Shown in pieces: positions 1 to 13,338 of a stretch of DNA of 64,000 nucleotides. Position numbers and translations under genes: made by a program. This stretch comes from Lingula anatina (lineage: Eukaryota > Animalia > Brachiopoda): assembly GCA_051362555.1 (NCBI GenBank), contig CM120646.1:12338001-12402000 (forward strand), written 5' to 3'. The notes beneath the pieces are model-generated. The model saw only the letters and a program-made list of their open reading frames with translations. It searched no databases and had not been told where the DNA came from. Position 1 is the stretch's first letter; each line of letters starts with the position of its first letter.

Positions 1-1150
1 AGGTCATCAGCATATAAAAGGTGACTGATTGTAGTGTTGGCATTAATTTTTACGGGATCACATGTGCTATTGAATACATTTTTCATATCATCTATGTAAA
101 TATTAAAAAGCATTGGACTCAAGCTGTCACCTTGCCTTATTCCTATATCTGTCTTAAAGTAGTTTGTGCGTCTTTGGCCAATTTTGACACACAGCTCTGT
201 AGTTTGATACATGTGTTTTATTGTTCTATAAAAGTTTCCTCCTATTTTTTGTTTTAATACTTTGAGGAATAGACCTTCAATCCACACGCTATCAAAAGCT
301 TTTTTAAGATCTATAAAACATGCGTATAACTTATTATTCTTATTGATGAATTGGTTAATAAGGCTGTTTAGAATGAACATATTGTCTGAGGTTCTATATG
401 TAGGGCGGAACCCTGCTTGTTGTTTAGAAAGAGATTCACATTCTTCGATGTAGGAGAGAAGCCTGGTATTTAGAATTGAAGTGAAAAGTTTTCCTAAACA
501 GCTGTTTATACAAATTCCTCGGTAGTTTTGTGGGTTCGAGGGATCTCCAGACTTCAGCAGTGGCTTTATCATACCTTTATTCCAAAGAGAGGGGAATTTA
601 CCACTACCTAGGATTAGATTGAATAGTTTAGCCAGTGATTTAGCTATGAATGCGGCAGACGTTTTTAGCATTTCATTAGAGATTGTATCTTCTCCGCATG
701 ATTTTCTGATTTTCAGAGCTCTGATAGCGGATTTAATTTCCTTGATGGTAATGGGGTAGTCCAACTTTTTGAATTGTTCTTGGTCTAAGTGTTTTTCTAG
801 GTTGGCTAGACTTTCGTGTAAGTTCTGATCATTTGGAGAGTTCTGACTCTCACCTAATTTTTTAAAGTAGTTGTACCAAGTATTGGACTCAATGTATTCC
901 GATGAGTCACTTTTCATTTGCCCCTTCAGTTGCCCTATGATTTCCCAAAATTCTTTAGGGTTTTTATTTTCCATGTGTAATAGGTTGTTCAAAATATTGT
1001 TTTTCATTTGCTTCTTTTTATATTTTACTAGTTTTTTGTATTCTTTTGTTGCTCGACGATAACTAGTTTTCAGTGCCATATTAAATGGGTCTCTTCTCAG
1101 CTTTTTTCCTAGTCCTATACTTTCTTTTCTTAGTATGTTAGCAATCTGGA
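1..1150 (-). mobile_element. Non-LTR retrotransposon (LINE) reverse-transcriptase remnant, 5'-truncated and frameshifted; continues past the left window edge
   Basis: Minus-strand translation gives RT motifs KSGDPSNPQNYRGI, QQAGFRPTYRTSDNMF, YACFIDLKKAFDSV, then after a frameshift near 170 RQGDSLSPMLFNIYIDD and LLYADD (positions 1-20). The clade (RTE-X/L2/CR1-like) cannot be resolved by eye. Confidence 0.9.
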
Positions 1151-2476
1151 TGCCACTGAGTACATTTATCATTGTGACTGGGTCGTGCATTAATATGAAC
1201 ACCTTTCCATAACCATAACTAATTCCTCTGTTATTTCAAGATATCTTATCTATACGTTTTGCTAACATGTTTGGTTTCAGATTTTCCTCCAAATTAATAT
1301 CAAAGAATATTCAATATAATATAGAAAGGTAGGAATAGGATGGACTGCATTGTAAAATATCTCTGCAATTTAATTCAGTCATAGGTAAATTTGTTTTAAA
1401 ATGAATTATAAAAAATTTAACAGAAGGTTATTATATTCAGCTGGTAACAAAACGCTATACTCAGTTGCATCAAATGACTAGACTTAGTTTCAATCTAAGT
1501 CAAGTGTAAATGCACCCAATAAAGAGAAACCCCTGGGACCTCACCATTGCTTTTTCTTAATTCAACAAAAAAATCTTTAGCACAGCCCTTTATCTAACAT
1601 AAATGCATCTTAATCAGCAAAATGTGAAAGGGCATATTGTAAATGACATAGATAAAGATAAAAACTACAGTGAACTTCATGAAAGCAATCCTCGAGAATA
1701 TCATTTATGCCATGAACAGTCCCTACATTCCTTAATTGTTTAAATTCATCTGTTTGGATAAAGAAAATGTACAATAAATTTTAGGGGTATTCCTTTTCAT
1801 TTTAAAACACTGAACATTTTAATAACATTTCTTATTTGGTTATATATCTTGAATAATATAGTCACCATTGTGAATGAAAATTATTGCCATGGCAATGAGA
1901 ATTCGATCAAAGTGCTTAGATTTAAAACCACAACAAAAAGCAAGCTACCATAGAGATTTATTACAAAATACAACTCAGGTTGGCTAATGAGATTCTTCCC
2001 AGGCTAAGCTAACAGTACACCTCCTTTGTGGAACACCACCTTGGCTGAATTTTACAAACCACCATGGAGATCTGGGGCCAGTTTCTCTAAAACATTGGCA
2101 TGAAAATTGTTCTCCAACTTTAGAAAAAAAAAGTCTATTTCGGTTCATGATATATTCGCAACAGTCCACTTAATAAAGAAAGAAGAGGTTTGAAAACATG
2201 TATTTTTTTTTTTTTTTGGTATAAAATGGGCACATTACATCATTTTAATGGACAAAAGCTGATTTATCTTGGGTCAGTAGAAAAAAAAGGTTTTAAAGTT
2301 AAATCTAAATTGTAAGGCTAAAGCTCATTATAAAACTGGACCAGGTGAAATTTAAGAAATTGCCTTAATGTGCACTGTATCAAGGCATTGGGTGCCATCA
2401 AGCTGTACCAATAGTATGTCGTCAAGCAACAAAGCATCCTCAAAAAAAAAAAAAAAAAAAAGTTATAATTTCAGTT

Positions 2477-2883
2477 CACAATGTGCACTATGTGCATGCA
2501 TTATTTCAAATGAAAAAAAATCCAGGCCTACCCAACTACCAGACGCGGCACCGAATGATCCTGAATTCACTGGCAGATCAGACCACACTATCCGTTTTCA
2601 AGGTGTGTGTCAGATCGCATTACACAGTATCATACCCTGAACAAATTTTGAGTGGTGATGCAATGCTTTTCAACCCCGCTGAGAATCGTCACTATCACAT
2701 CGCGTACCAGGCAAAAGCGGTGTCGCGTCTGATACTGTGTAATGCGATCTCACACACCTTGAAAACGGGTAGTGTGGTCTGATCTACGGGTGAATTCAGG
2801 ATCATTTGGTGCCGAGTTTGGTAGTTGGGTAGGCCTGAATTTTTTTTCATTTGAAATAATGCATGCACATAGTGCACATAGTG
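2477..2883. mobile_element. Fold-back non-autonomous DNA transposon (MITE) with ~155-bp inverted arms and CAC...GTG termini
   Basis: 2477-~2632 is the near-perfect reverse complement of ~2730-2883. The termini read CACAATG and CACTATG. Confidence 0.85.
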
Positions 2884-2885
2884 CT

Positions 2886-3181
2886 AAAGGGGGCAGTCAG
2901 AACAAGTTCATCTACAACTAACAGATTCGAGATCAAATATGGCCGACCAACATTAAAGCAGAGCCGACTAATCCACTGATAGTCTCTCCACCTCCACACC
3001 CGCTATCCCTGCAGGGGTCTAGCAATTACACCTTGGAGCTGTGATTTAATTCATTTTGATGGCGTGTACGGAGGCGGGGAGACCATCAGTGGATTAGTCG
3101 GCTCTTCTTTTATGTCGGGTTGGCTATATTTAGTCTGTGAATCAGCATGTCCACGGATCATCTGTTCTGAGTGCACTCTTA
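2886..3181. mobile_element. Second fold-back MITE abutting the first
   Basis: aaatatggccgacc...gagccgactaatccactgat (2935-2980) pairs with atcagtggattagtcggctc...tggctatattt (3085-3131). Termini aagggggcagtcagaaca / tgttctgagtgcactctt. Confidence 0.75.
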
Positions 3182-3196
3182 GAGTGCTAGCATACA

Positions 3197-3419
3197 CCCC
3201 ATTTCCATAGATTTTAGATCGACCTATCCCTGTGGGAAGTCTCACTAGATTACTGTCAGCTTGGCCAGCTTAAGCATCTGTCCCGCCTACTAAAAGCTGT
3301 AAGGGGGTAATTAACTATGGTGCCTGCTCGGCTGACTGCAATTTAGCATGAACCCCCAGGGAGTTAGGTCGATCTAAAACTCAATCTTTAGATCGATCTA
3401 AATCTCTGGGAAAGCACCC
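3197..3419 (-). mobile_element. MITE family A, copy 1 (TIR containing ttcccaga...tagatcga)
   Basis: Homologous in reverse orientation to 34132-34346 (shared cccgcctac, agctgtaagggggtaattaac, cccccagggagttaggtcgatc). Has terminal inverted repeats. Confidence 0.8.
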
Positions 3420-3665
3420 ATAAACTGCACATTTTCAAACTGGATCTACATTTTGTCATCACGCAACAAACATGGAAATTTTTTATAGCGCAACTGACTC
3501 TACGTTCTTCAGTGGAACTAATAATGTCTGCAGTAAAATCTGTTCTAATTAAATCTGTTTGTTTCTCACATTTCTTCAATAACACAAAGTGCCAAAAGCA
3601 TCACGTAATGTGCCCTTCTATTATTAAACTGAAGTTGTTTATTATATGCTCTGTGTATAAATATT

Positions 3666-3838
3666 CAGGCCCATAGCCAAAAGTTTCAAAGGGGGGGGGG
3701 TTCTTTTTCTGAAAAAAAAATGGACCTTTAACCAGGAAACCTCCTATTCCAAGATAAAATTTACCTAAAGGGGACCTTTTCCCAGCTAAAAAAGGGCAGT
3801 TCTTTCGAACCCCTGATCCCCACCAGGCTACAGGCCTG
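3666..3838 (+). mobile_element. Short MITE family B (caggccc.tagcc...ggcta.aggcctg)
   Basis: TIRs caggcccatagcc / ggctacaggcctg with near-TSD atatt/atatc. A reverse-orientation homolog lies at 33115-33280. Confidence 0.75.
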
Positions 3839-6389
3839 ATATCCATAGTAAGCATGGAACATGATGTTCACCACAAATGACAACGTTGTAGGTTGTTATA
3901 AAGATTATATTGTTTTGGAGCTTGATACAGAATATCCTGTACCAGTAGATGTAAATCTTCATCCTGTTCATGGTTGCACACAGTTTTTCTGTGTTGAATT
4001 TGATCCGTGTTCAGGTTTGCCCTTTTACAGTATAATTTCATATATGTAATCTCCATGATAAGCAAACAACATCATGAGTGGAAGACTAGGTTACAGATAT
4101 ATTATGAATAGGATCACAATTATCAACTGCTTTCTTCCTAGAGATAGCACTAAAATGCCTTTTTTTCCCCCCAAATGCTTGGCCCTGAGAACCATAGCAT
4201 GTATTTCCATACCCAACCCATTTCAACTGGTGGTTAGCGAATTTAGTTAATAAAAATCACTTTTTGGTGAGGGAAGGAGGGGTGGGGGTGGGGGGGGGGG
4301 GGGGGGCTTCCAGTGCCAGAAGCTTTTGTTGTAGTTTGTTAATGGTAATATTTTTTATTCAGTTTCCCTGAACAAAGGATATTGCTAACTATATTACCAT
4401 TAATTAGAATTCCTGTGATGTACTATCTTGACATTTTCTTTTAGTGTGTTCAGAGAATCTTCTTGAGATATAATTAAGACTCTGAAGAACACAGTTACTG
4501 TTTTAAAGAAACCCCACATAATGATATATATCTTGATCTAGAAGGAGTAACAGGTACATGCATTAATGGCACTAGTGGAGGAAGCTTTAATTCTCTTTGG
4601 AGTAAAAGGAAACCAAACCTGTTAAGTCTTAGCATTTCTGTACAATATTCATTTGTTATTCAGTTTAAGTATGAGCAACAGAAATAATGACTGCCAGTGA
4701 ACTTTATTAATTACACCTATATTGCAAATTTATACTTCTTTCAAAAATCCAACAAGGTAAATAATTTTTTTCAATGAGTATGTTAATTAAACAATCACAG
4801 TAGGCCTCCTCCCCCCTTTCTCTCTCTCTCTGTATATATACAACAGTTCTCCCATCTCCTAGCAACATTACAGAACTCTCCACCTGGATTTATATAGATT
4901 GCTGTTACAGACTCACACATGTGAAACTGTCAATGTGTCCACTTTATACTGCTGCACCTTTAGCTTCTAGGGGCTGGCTATATAAATAACCCCGTCAGCT
5001 GAAGATAATGGATTTGTGTCTAAATATAGTGGAGCTTTTGTTCAAGCATTACACGAGGTAGAAACCACAGCAGCCCAGAGATGATTCAGCTATGCCATAT
5101 TATATTAATGTTATTTTGTAAATGGAGAAAGAGAGAATGCTGCTAATATAAAAACACTGTCGATTTCCTTTCAGGCCCAAATAAACAGTTCACTTACACC
5201 TGTGAACAGTCAGCTGATCTATTATCATAATTTATGCTGACATCACCAATGAGATCACAAATAGCCAATCAAAATGTAGCACTCCTCATTCTAATTGGTT
5301 GGTTGGCTTCTTAGCACCTCCTACTTTAAGATATGTCCGCTCATTCTTGCCCTAGGCCAATCAGGTTGCAGAAGAGAGGGAGATTGACAGGTACTGCATC
5401 TGTGCAAGACCTGACTGCACTCTATTTACACACAGAGACTGACAAAACTCTACAGGTCCTTTAAGTCCACTTGCATAAAAACCGACCCAGAACTTGGCCT
5501 TTTACATGACAATCAGCTTAGGTTAGTGGACTTCAATGACTAGAAGACCCAGAGTGAGGAATAAACCCTGAAACTGGTGCATTTTCATCAAGGAGAATTA
5601 TATATGGAACAACTCATTGAGGCAGCCTGTTCATAAATAATTCTTCATTGAAGTTTGCAATGTATTGATTAACCCAGTAAAGCTCAGTGTAAAGTATTTA
5701 GTGACATTTTCCTTGAACTCTGGCTCACACAGAGTGTCAGATAACATTTCAGTGTGGAACATTGCTTTCATGAAATAAAAAATGAAAAATGACTTGCACT
5801 TTTGGTATTTTGTACTAGCTTAATGACACCAGTTGGTATTTTTCAGAACGAAAATCACATCAAAATCATGACTAGTTTTAACATATATATGATATGATAC
5901 GATCAGTGATATTTGACAAAAAGAATTAGTAATCTTACTCATTTGTCATCATGTTTCACAGATATTTATTACACAATTTGAACTTTTTTCTATTTTTGGA
6001 TGCTCCACATGCTCGTCATGCCAGGTGTATTCATTTCGAATGCGCATGATGTCAAGCATTGGGAATGGCATATTTATCTTTTCTTTATGCCCACAATGAA
6101 AAATGATATAATGTCTGAAGTCACACCACATTTAAGCCCAGTGTTATATAAATAATAATTACAATTACAATAATAGGCAGATTCGCAATCTTTTAAGAGC
6201 CCCTGGTATAGTCAACTCCTACACAGCCCTTGATGTATTAGTCTACTTTCTATGATTTATTGAATAGTATAACAAAAAAAAAAAAAATCATAAGACATAC
6301 TTGTGCTACTCCTTCAGCCCCATTCCCACATCAAATCATGGATTTGGGATTTGCAAGTGTTAAATATCTAATAAAATTAAATGTCTTAC

Positions 6390-9018
6390 CTGTAATGGTC
6401 TTGGTTTCTTTGTCACTGCTGTTGACCAGGGGCATTACTGGCAGGAGTGTGGCGGGGGTCGGGTGACTGGTGACCACAGACAGCTGCGCCACCGGTGTCT
6501 GCAGAGCCACCACTTTATTCTCAGACACACTGGTCGCCGGGTGAGTTGATGCTGCCTGTGTTCCTATTGCTGATGTGGATGTTGTTGTTATTGCTCCTGA
6601 TGATGTCGACGATGTTGATGATAAAAGATGCACTGTATTTTTGTTGCAGTCTTGCTGCAACTGCTGCTGCTGCTGTTGTTTCTGAACCACACTGAACAAA
6701 CTATTCAGAGCCTCCATGGCAGAGGTGCTCTGAACCACCTGCGGAGCATGACTCTGCGGGGCATTAAGGGCGGGGCTGAGAAGGCTCTGCTGGAGAACGC
6801 TCCCACTTGTGCTACCAGCAGTGCCACCACTGGTTAGAGGGGCGGTGTACTTAGACTGCCCTCCAGGAGGCGCCCCTGTGCTGAGCTCACGAGATCGCAT
6901 CAAACCTCCCCCACCACCACTGCTACTGCCCTTGGTCGATAGGATGGAATGCCCTGGGGTCACGGGGGTGGACAATGGTGTCTGGACATCGATCCCAGAA
7001 TCCCCTCCTTCGCTATAATGGTGTTCACCCTTAGTTGGGAAAAACCGCTGTGGTTCTGAGCTGTGCCGCACCTTGCTTGGGCTCGGAGGGGAATTGAAGT
7101 TCAAGTGCATGATCCCATAGTTAGGGGCGGGACCGAGTAAGGGTCTTCCCCCTGGGGACATCAGCTCCATGGCCCCACCCTTGGGTGTGCTTGCATTCCA
7201 GTGGTGTGCGGAGGCTAGCAGGGAACCTGGGGTGTGGGGGTGGGGAGAGATGGGGGCAAAGGTGTTCCCGGACCTGTACCCCACTGGTGGATACGGGGAG
7301 TGACCTAGAGCTCCATGATGGGGTGATATTGGGTTTTGCACAGGGGTCGGAGAGAAGGCTGGAGTGCCTGATCGTGAATTACCCAGCGACACCAGCATGT
7401 TTGCAGCTTCTTTCTCGTCCATGTCAAATCTGGAGTGGTCGTATGGCATGTCATCATCTTGATCTTCCCAATCTAAGTCTTTGCCATCACGACCAGGATA
7501 TGAGAGATTGCCAGGACGCAGGCGATTGCCCTTTTGTGATAGGTGCCTCGAACAATACCCTCTCCTCTGTGATTCTTTAGTGCAGGCCTCCTTTGAACAA
7601 AGTCGCCGCCATTGTTTTCCATTGAACTTTTTCCTAATTCCATTTGGTGTAGATACCACATCGCCCTTCTTGTATTTCTGTGCTGTTATTGGAGATCGTG
7701 GTGTGCTAGCACGACTTTCAGACGATTGTGCACTTTTGCTCCTGGCTGCTTCACGCTTCTTTGGTGGTTGCACAGTGGTAACCATGGGTTTGATGCTCGG
7801 CACAGTGGCTGCAGGAGTGGCAGATCGAGAGGTGGGAGTGCTTTCTGGTTCAAAAGCAAAAATGTCATTTTTAATTTCATCGTCCGAGGAATCACTGCCT
7901 TCTTTCTCTGCAAGCTGAATCTCATTGCTTATTTTCACCTTTTGTTCTGATGGTGGCTTAGGGGAGGGGCCCTGCTGGGTGGGGCTTGGTTGGGGCTGGT
8001 GGATATACTGCTGCTGAGGTTCTGCAGGGGGCAATGGGGGAATCTTTGGCTGTGCGAGATTGCTGGTCTCCTCAGTCTGAGTCATGCTGGCACCAATTTC
8101 TTCCAAATCTTCATGCCACGGAGGTTGTAACAGACGGATGTTGGCCCTAGATACCCACAAGACTTCTTGTCTGGTGCCTTGTCCCTTCTCATCCTGATAT
8201 GTGATTCTCACACAGTAGCTAACAGGAGAGAGCTTCTTCTCCATAACTTCACCCTCGTAAAATACAGTCTCTTCTGTGTTCCCACGCACACACACTTGCG
8301 ATCCTGCGAACACTGTCATGGCGGGAGGGCTATGGTCACTAATTAAGTCATTACTGCTGGGGAAATCAGACACATTAAACTCTAATATTTTCTTATCGCT
8401 ATCAAACTGAACACCCAGGATCCTGTTGTGTTTCACAGTCTTAATCATACCAGGGTAATATGCACCATCTTTTCTGGCAAGAACCCTGTGCCCTTTCCAT
8501 TCCTTGAAGTCCACTAGAGGGCGCTTGACAGGTGGAGGAGGGGGCGTCATGTCATGCTCTACTTCTGCACCTTTCCTCTTTTTGGGAGGCTTGGCGATTG
8601 TTCTTTGCTCTTTTTCTACTGTCTTTTCAGTCTCTTTTTCCTTAGATGCTAACGTTTCTCTCTCCTTATCTTTTACAACTGGAGGTGACTTCTCAATCCC
8701 AGAATCCCCAGGAGTTTGACTGAAATGAGGAGAGTCATGAACTGTAGGTGGAGTAGCAGAAGCTGACATCTCTTCTCTTTCATCACTGCTGGTTTCGTTG
8801 CGCTTAACTCTTCCACTGCCTCTTCCTCGGCCCCTCTTATGCTCAGGGGTATCTTTAAGTCCAGGAGCTGCCTTCTTCTGTTGTTCCTCCTCCTTGTCTC
8901 CATTCTCACTTTTGGCATCATGTTCCTGGTCAGAACCAGCAGGATTCTTCTTTTTAGATCTGCTCCTCATGGCTGGGGAGTTGCTGCGAGTGCGCTTGGC
9001 GGAGGATCGCCTGTTCAT
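6390..9018 (-). CDS. CIC: Capicua (CIC) long-isoform N-terminal coding exon; the HMG-box exons would lie left of the window
   Basis: Contains the CIC-L Tudor-like region ([19 protein letters not shown]...[14 protein letters not shown]) and the conserved N1 block [47 protein letters not shown], followed by [14 protein letters not shown]. Acceptor ttttcag precedes 9039, ATG at 9018, donor CAG|GTAAG after 6390 (phase 1). Confidence 0.93.
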
Positions 9019-9879
9019 GGCATAACATAACAAAGAATTCTGAAAATAAAGAAAACATATTTGCCTCACTTTACAGTAAATCTAGTCCATTATTTTCACA
9101 AATATTGTAATTATAGGAAACAGAACACTCTTCCAAGAAGTCAGGAGATAGAAAAAGGGAAGTAGCAAACACTAGTGTAGAAAGACTCTCAAAGGGACCA
9201 CAAAAATATCATGTGGATAAAATTCTTGCCCTCTATTAATATGCCGAAGACACAGGTTTTCCTAAATAAAACTATAAGAAATTATCTGACAAACTGATTA
9301 CTAAGTTGATAAAACATTCTATGAATCTCTGTTTTACAAAAAATGAAAATAAGGAAATGAATAAATTTTCATAACTTTATCAACCTTAGGTGACAGTTTC
9401 ACACAACCTTTAAGTAAGGAGTTACGACCGATAAAAAAACAGCAGCATTAGAATTTCATTTAGCAATGGCTATTTTTAGACATTACACAGGTTGCGGTGC
9501 CCCGTGTAGTAATATTCGAGCAGGAAATTAGGTCAGCGAGAAGCACGCATATTTCCGATAACGATGTATATAATTTATTTCATTAGCTGGGCCAGGCAAA
9601 GTAATTCGTGTATGCAAAGTCTTGATTATGATTTAAGCAGCATGGCATTTTAAAACCGCCCATTTCGAAGACATAGTTTTAGTGGCAGTACGTCCGAATG
9701 TGTCTTATGTACAGTCAAGACTCCAGCTGTTGGTATTCGACCTAAAAAACACGACACAAAGAACTTCCGTTTCGTAAAAGATTGCACCCTTTTTACACAA
9801 TGCTCATGATTGCATATAGTAATCAAACCATGCCCATGTACGTAAAAAAGATTTCCCCATTGATGTAAAGGTGAATCAA

Positions 9880-10870
9880 TTCATATACCTTGAAATCTAC
9901 GCAGTAAATGTTACTCGAACGATCACCACGGCATCAAGGGGATTTTTTCTTGCACACCTTCGAGTACACCCTCATTTCGATCTCCGAAATACCTGTTCGA
10001 TCACTGATCAATCAACTAATAAAGACACGTACGTACACTTCATTCATTCATAAACACAAATAGTAAACACTTGGTACCTTAAATCAGTTCAAAATGTCCT
10101 TTCGGAGGTGAAATTGCACTGCTTTTTTGGCTCGAGCTTCATGAAAATCCCGACTTGTCACTATAAAAGGTGAATGAGCAAGTGCCCTGGAAATATCTGC
10201 AGCTGATTGGTCGATCTGTAGTCACATGGCCTTCATAGACGATTTTACTCCTTCTGATTGGCTAAAACTAGGATGATCGTCACATGTTATGTTTATTCAA
10301 TCATTTCCCCCACGTCGTCACAACATGAATTTCACTTGCATTCGAGGACAAAATTTGTCAATTTAAAACACTATTTCCACCAAAAAATTAGTGCAATGAT
10401 AGTCCACATGTCAAATCCATAGTAAGACATCATTAAATCTTTTGTTGCACCATAAACTTTGGAGAATTTTGACATTTTGCGATGTTTGTCTCACAAAGCC
10501 CATGCCCCGGCCTGCCTTACCGGTACGACAGCCAATCAAAATCCGCTTCATTGTGGGCAGAGCTGCATAATTTGGACGCAAGTGGCAGCACGCCAAAGAT
10601 CGAATAACATTTGTATGCAGTTACTATGCGCTATTTCTAACCCAGTCTATTGTGATGCTGGATTACATTGTGCTTAACTGCATCAGAAAATGCTTTTATG
10701 CGTCAGGGTCTGATGCGAGATTTGAAATATCTTCACTGTGCAATTTGAAAGACAGCTGCAACAAGGCTGAAGCGTTCTGTTTATATGGCCATTCTAAATC
10801 TGTCTGGGCTCGCATCCAGGGCCCCGGGGCGGGTCCGTCGCGTCACGTGAGTTGGTCCCAAGTGAAACAA
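9880..10870 (-). promoter_or_regulatory. Probable CIC promoter and non-coding first exon region
   Basis: Locally CpG-rich. CCAAT boxes (ctgattgg ~10203 and ~10254, agccaatca ~10530), E-boxes gtcacatg (~10221, ~10279) and gtcacgtga (~10842). Candidate donor AAG|GTATAT after 9889. Confidence 0.55.
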
Positions 10871-11701
10871 ACATGTAGACCCTGTATTCATAAGACTAAT
10901 TATTCATGAAACCTTATCACAATATTATTGTGTGTTCATGAATTAAATCGAATTACATTTTCTTGAGCAAAAAAGTGTTTTTCTTAGATATCAACATGAC
11001 ATACTTGATCGACGTATATTCTCAAAATGCGTGCGGCTCTGCGTGTTTATCTGGAGGGGTACGGATAAGGGGGGGGGGGGGTGAGGGTATGGGAGGGGGT
11101 TGTGAGGGGGGGGTTGCATATCCAGCGTTTTCTTGGGCAACAGATCGATCGATAAATAGAATATTTGCTGCACCCATAACACTAGTCTGAGGGTTACCTA
11201 TTTTTAGGAATCATCTTTTAAAATTTTGCAAACTCTGGGATCATCGCGTCTGTCGATATTCCTGGAATTTGTCACCCGCAGCTTCAAACAATGTCGGGCT
11301 AAAAGTTTCATGTAGAATGCAGGCGCGTGTATGTTCAGCACAAAGAGCTGTATATATAAACCTCCTAGCTTGTGCAGCGTATATGTTAATTATCTATGGT
11401 CATCACACAAGGTCGAAAAACGTCTCGGTCTTATCGCACCATGCATTTATTAATAGAAAAGAGAGGGCTTTTCACGCTAAGGGATAAGTGTTTATTGGTG
11501 ATATTGATATGAATTGCAGACGACGAGAAATCAAGTACAGAATCAACGGACTTACTAATACAATGTAGATGAAAAAAAAAAAAAAAACACTAGGATTTAA
11601 GTTTGGTATCCACTATTTGGCTGATAGCCTTTCACATAATAATCATTTTATAAAAGAAAAAATATCAACAAACACGCCAATCGTAAAATACACATAATTA
11701 A

Positions 11702-12032
11702 AGGGATAACAACTGTTCATTTTGCCCCCCCCCCCCCCCCAAAAAAAAAAAAGGATTTTCCTGGGGTAAAGGACAATTTTCCCATACTGAAACAAATGGT
11801 TAATGGATCCAATCCGATATCCGAAGTTATTCCTTTTTTTTTTTTTTTTCTAAAAATTTTTTTTTTTTTGTAAAATTCTCTTAAGAGATTATTACAGAGT
11901 GTAGCCACAAATTCCAAAATAATTGTGTTAACCGCCGTTTTGGTGGCAAAGTAGAATTTATTATATTTCTATGAGTGGTTTACAATGTATTTATTGTGAA
12001 ATATGGATATTATATGAACAGGTGTTATCCCT
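11702..12032 (-). mobile_element. TTAA-flanked MITE (Kolobok-like), copy 1
   Basis: TTAA|AGGGATAAC...GTTATCCCT termini. Internal homology to 38457-38793 and 51672-52009. Confidence 0.8.
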
Positions 12033-13338
12033 TCAACCTTTAATATCTAGCTCTAATCAGTCCTGATCAACGACTTGTGACGCACTTATCTTGTTAATCA
12101 AAGCCATCCTGAGAATACCATTGGTAGCATGAGCACGTCATAGTGAAAGTACATGCACCACCTCGTGTCATTATTTACATCCGTTTTGGTATAATTCCAG
12201 CATATAACGGCCTGAAATTGGTTCAATTTTTTCTAGTCGCACATAATAGAAATAAGACCTTTAGGAAGAACAGACACGATCACTTATATTAAGCACCTTA
12301 TAAAACGTGACCTATGGTAAGGAAAGCCAGAAGTGCCATATTGTCTTTCATACAATGGCAGGAGTCAAAGTAACGTGACCATGAGTATAAAGTGGTTCAT
12401 CTACTTTTTCTTTTTCTTTATTAAGTGCAATCATCACGTTGGGATTCAGCTAAGCCATTGTTGTATTAACCTATTAACCGTGTTATACTACATGATGCCA
12501 GTTTCAGTGTGTAATATAGATAAAATGGGGGGGGGGGGGGGGAGTATAATAATTTTAAAACGGGAAGTAATTTTCTTCTCCTGTTTATTTTATTTTTATT
12601 TTTTTTAAATACTAATACCACACTCTAATTATATTGGTGTAAGCTAGGCTGAACTTCACGTCTTTTACTCTACTTAAAGGTTGTAACTAATTTGTAGCGG
12701 AAAATGGTGAGTTCTTTAATGCTGCTCATGTACGAGACACAGTACGATAATAATCTTTATTTTGTTCTAAATTTGGTAAAAAGTGAGTGAATGTCAACAT
12801 TTTACAGTAATAGGCCTAATTATTAACAGAGATGATACTTGCTAACTTATTGAAGTTGTTCGTAGAATGAATACAGTAGATATGATTTTTTTTAAGTTAA
12901 AAACAAATCAAAACAAGGAAGATAATTTTTGGATTTGTTCAATATATACAAATGTCAGGTATAATGCGGCAGAGGAAATAAGGTTGCGCCATCTTTTGAG
13001 AAAACAATAAACTAAAGTAAGAACGAAATGCACATATCACCAGATTAGCTTCGTTGCTTCCAGAAAGTGGGGAAAACACACTGCTTTGTTTAATCTTTCA
13101 CGTAAAGTTCACTCCAACATATTGTTTTGTTTATTTTTTTAAAGTTTTGGGACAGCAGACATTTTGATCATGTAGTCTACATTTTATTGGGTAAAGTTCA
13201 AGGCCGTCTCTATGGGTACGTTTATATGTGACGTCACACATAATCATAGCGCTACCGTGGGTTAAACTATTTAACAGCAGGCGTGTGGAAAAACGCGAAA
13301 ACAGTATTGCACGAGACAAATACTCTTAAAGACTTAAG

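Noticed and set aside
2483-2877. Pair of near-identical ORFs on opposite strands (MHYVHALFQMKKN...)
   Set aside because: Artefact of the palindromic MITE; no coding evidence.
6260-9030. Many short ORFs overlapping the CIC exon (likewise those over the 23-26 kb, 42-44 kb and 54-59 kb exons)
   Set aside because: Antisense or shifted-frame shadows of GC-richer coding exons, with no recognisable motifs or splice support.
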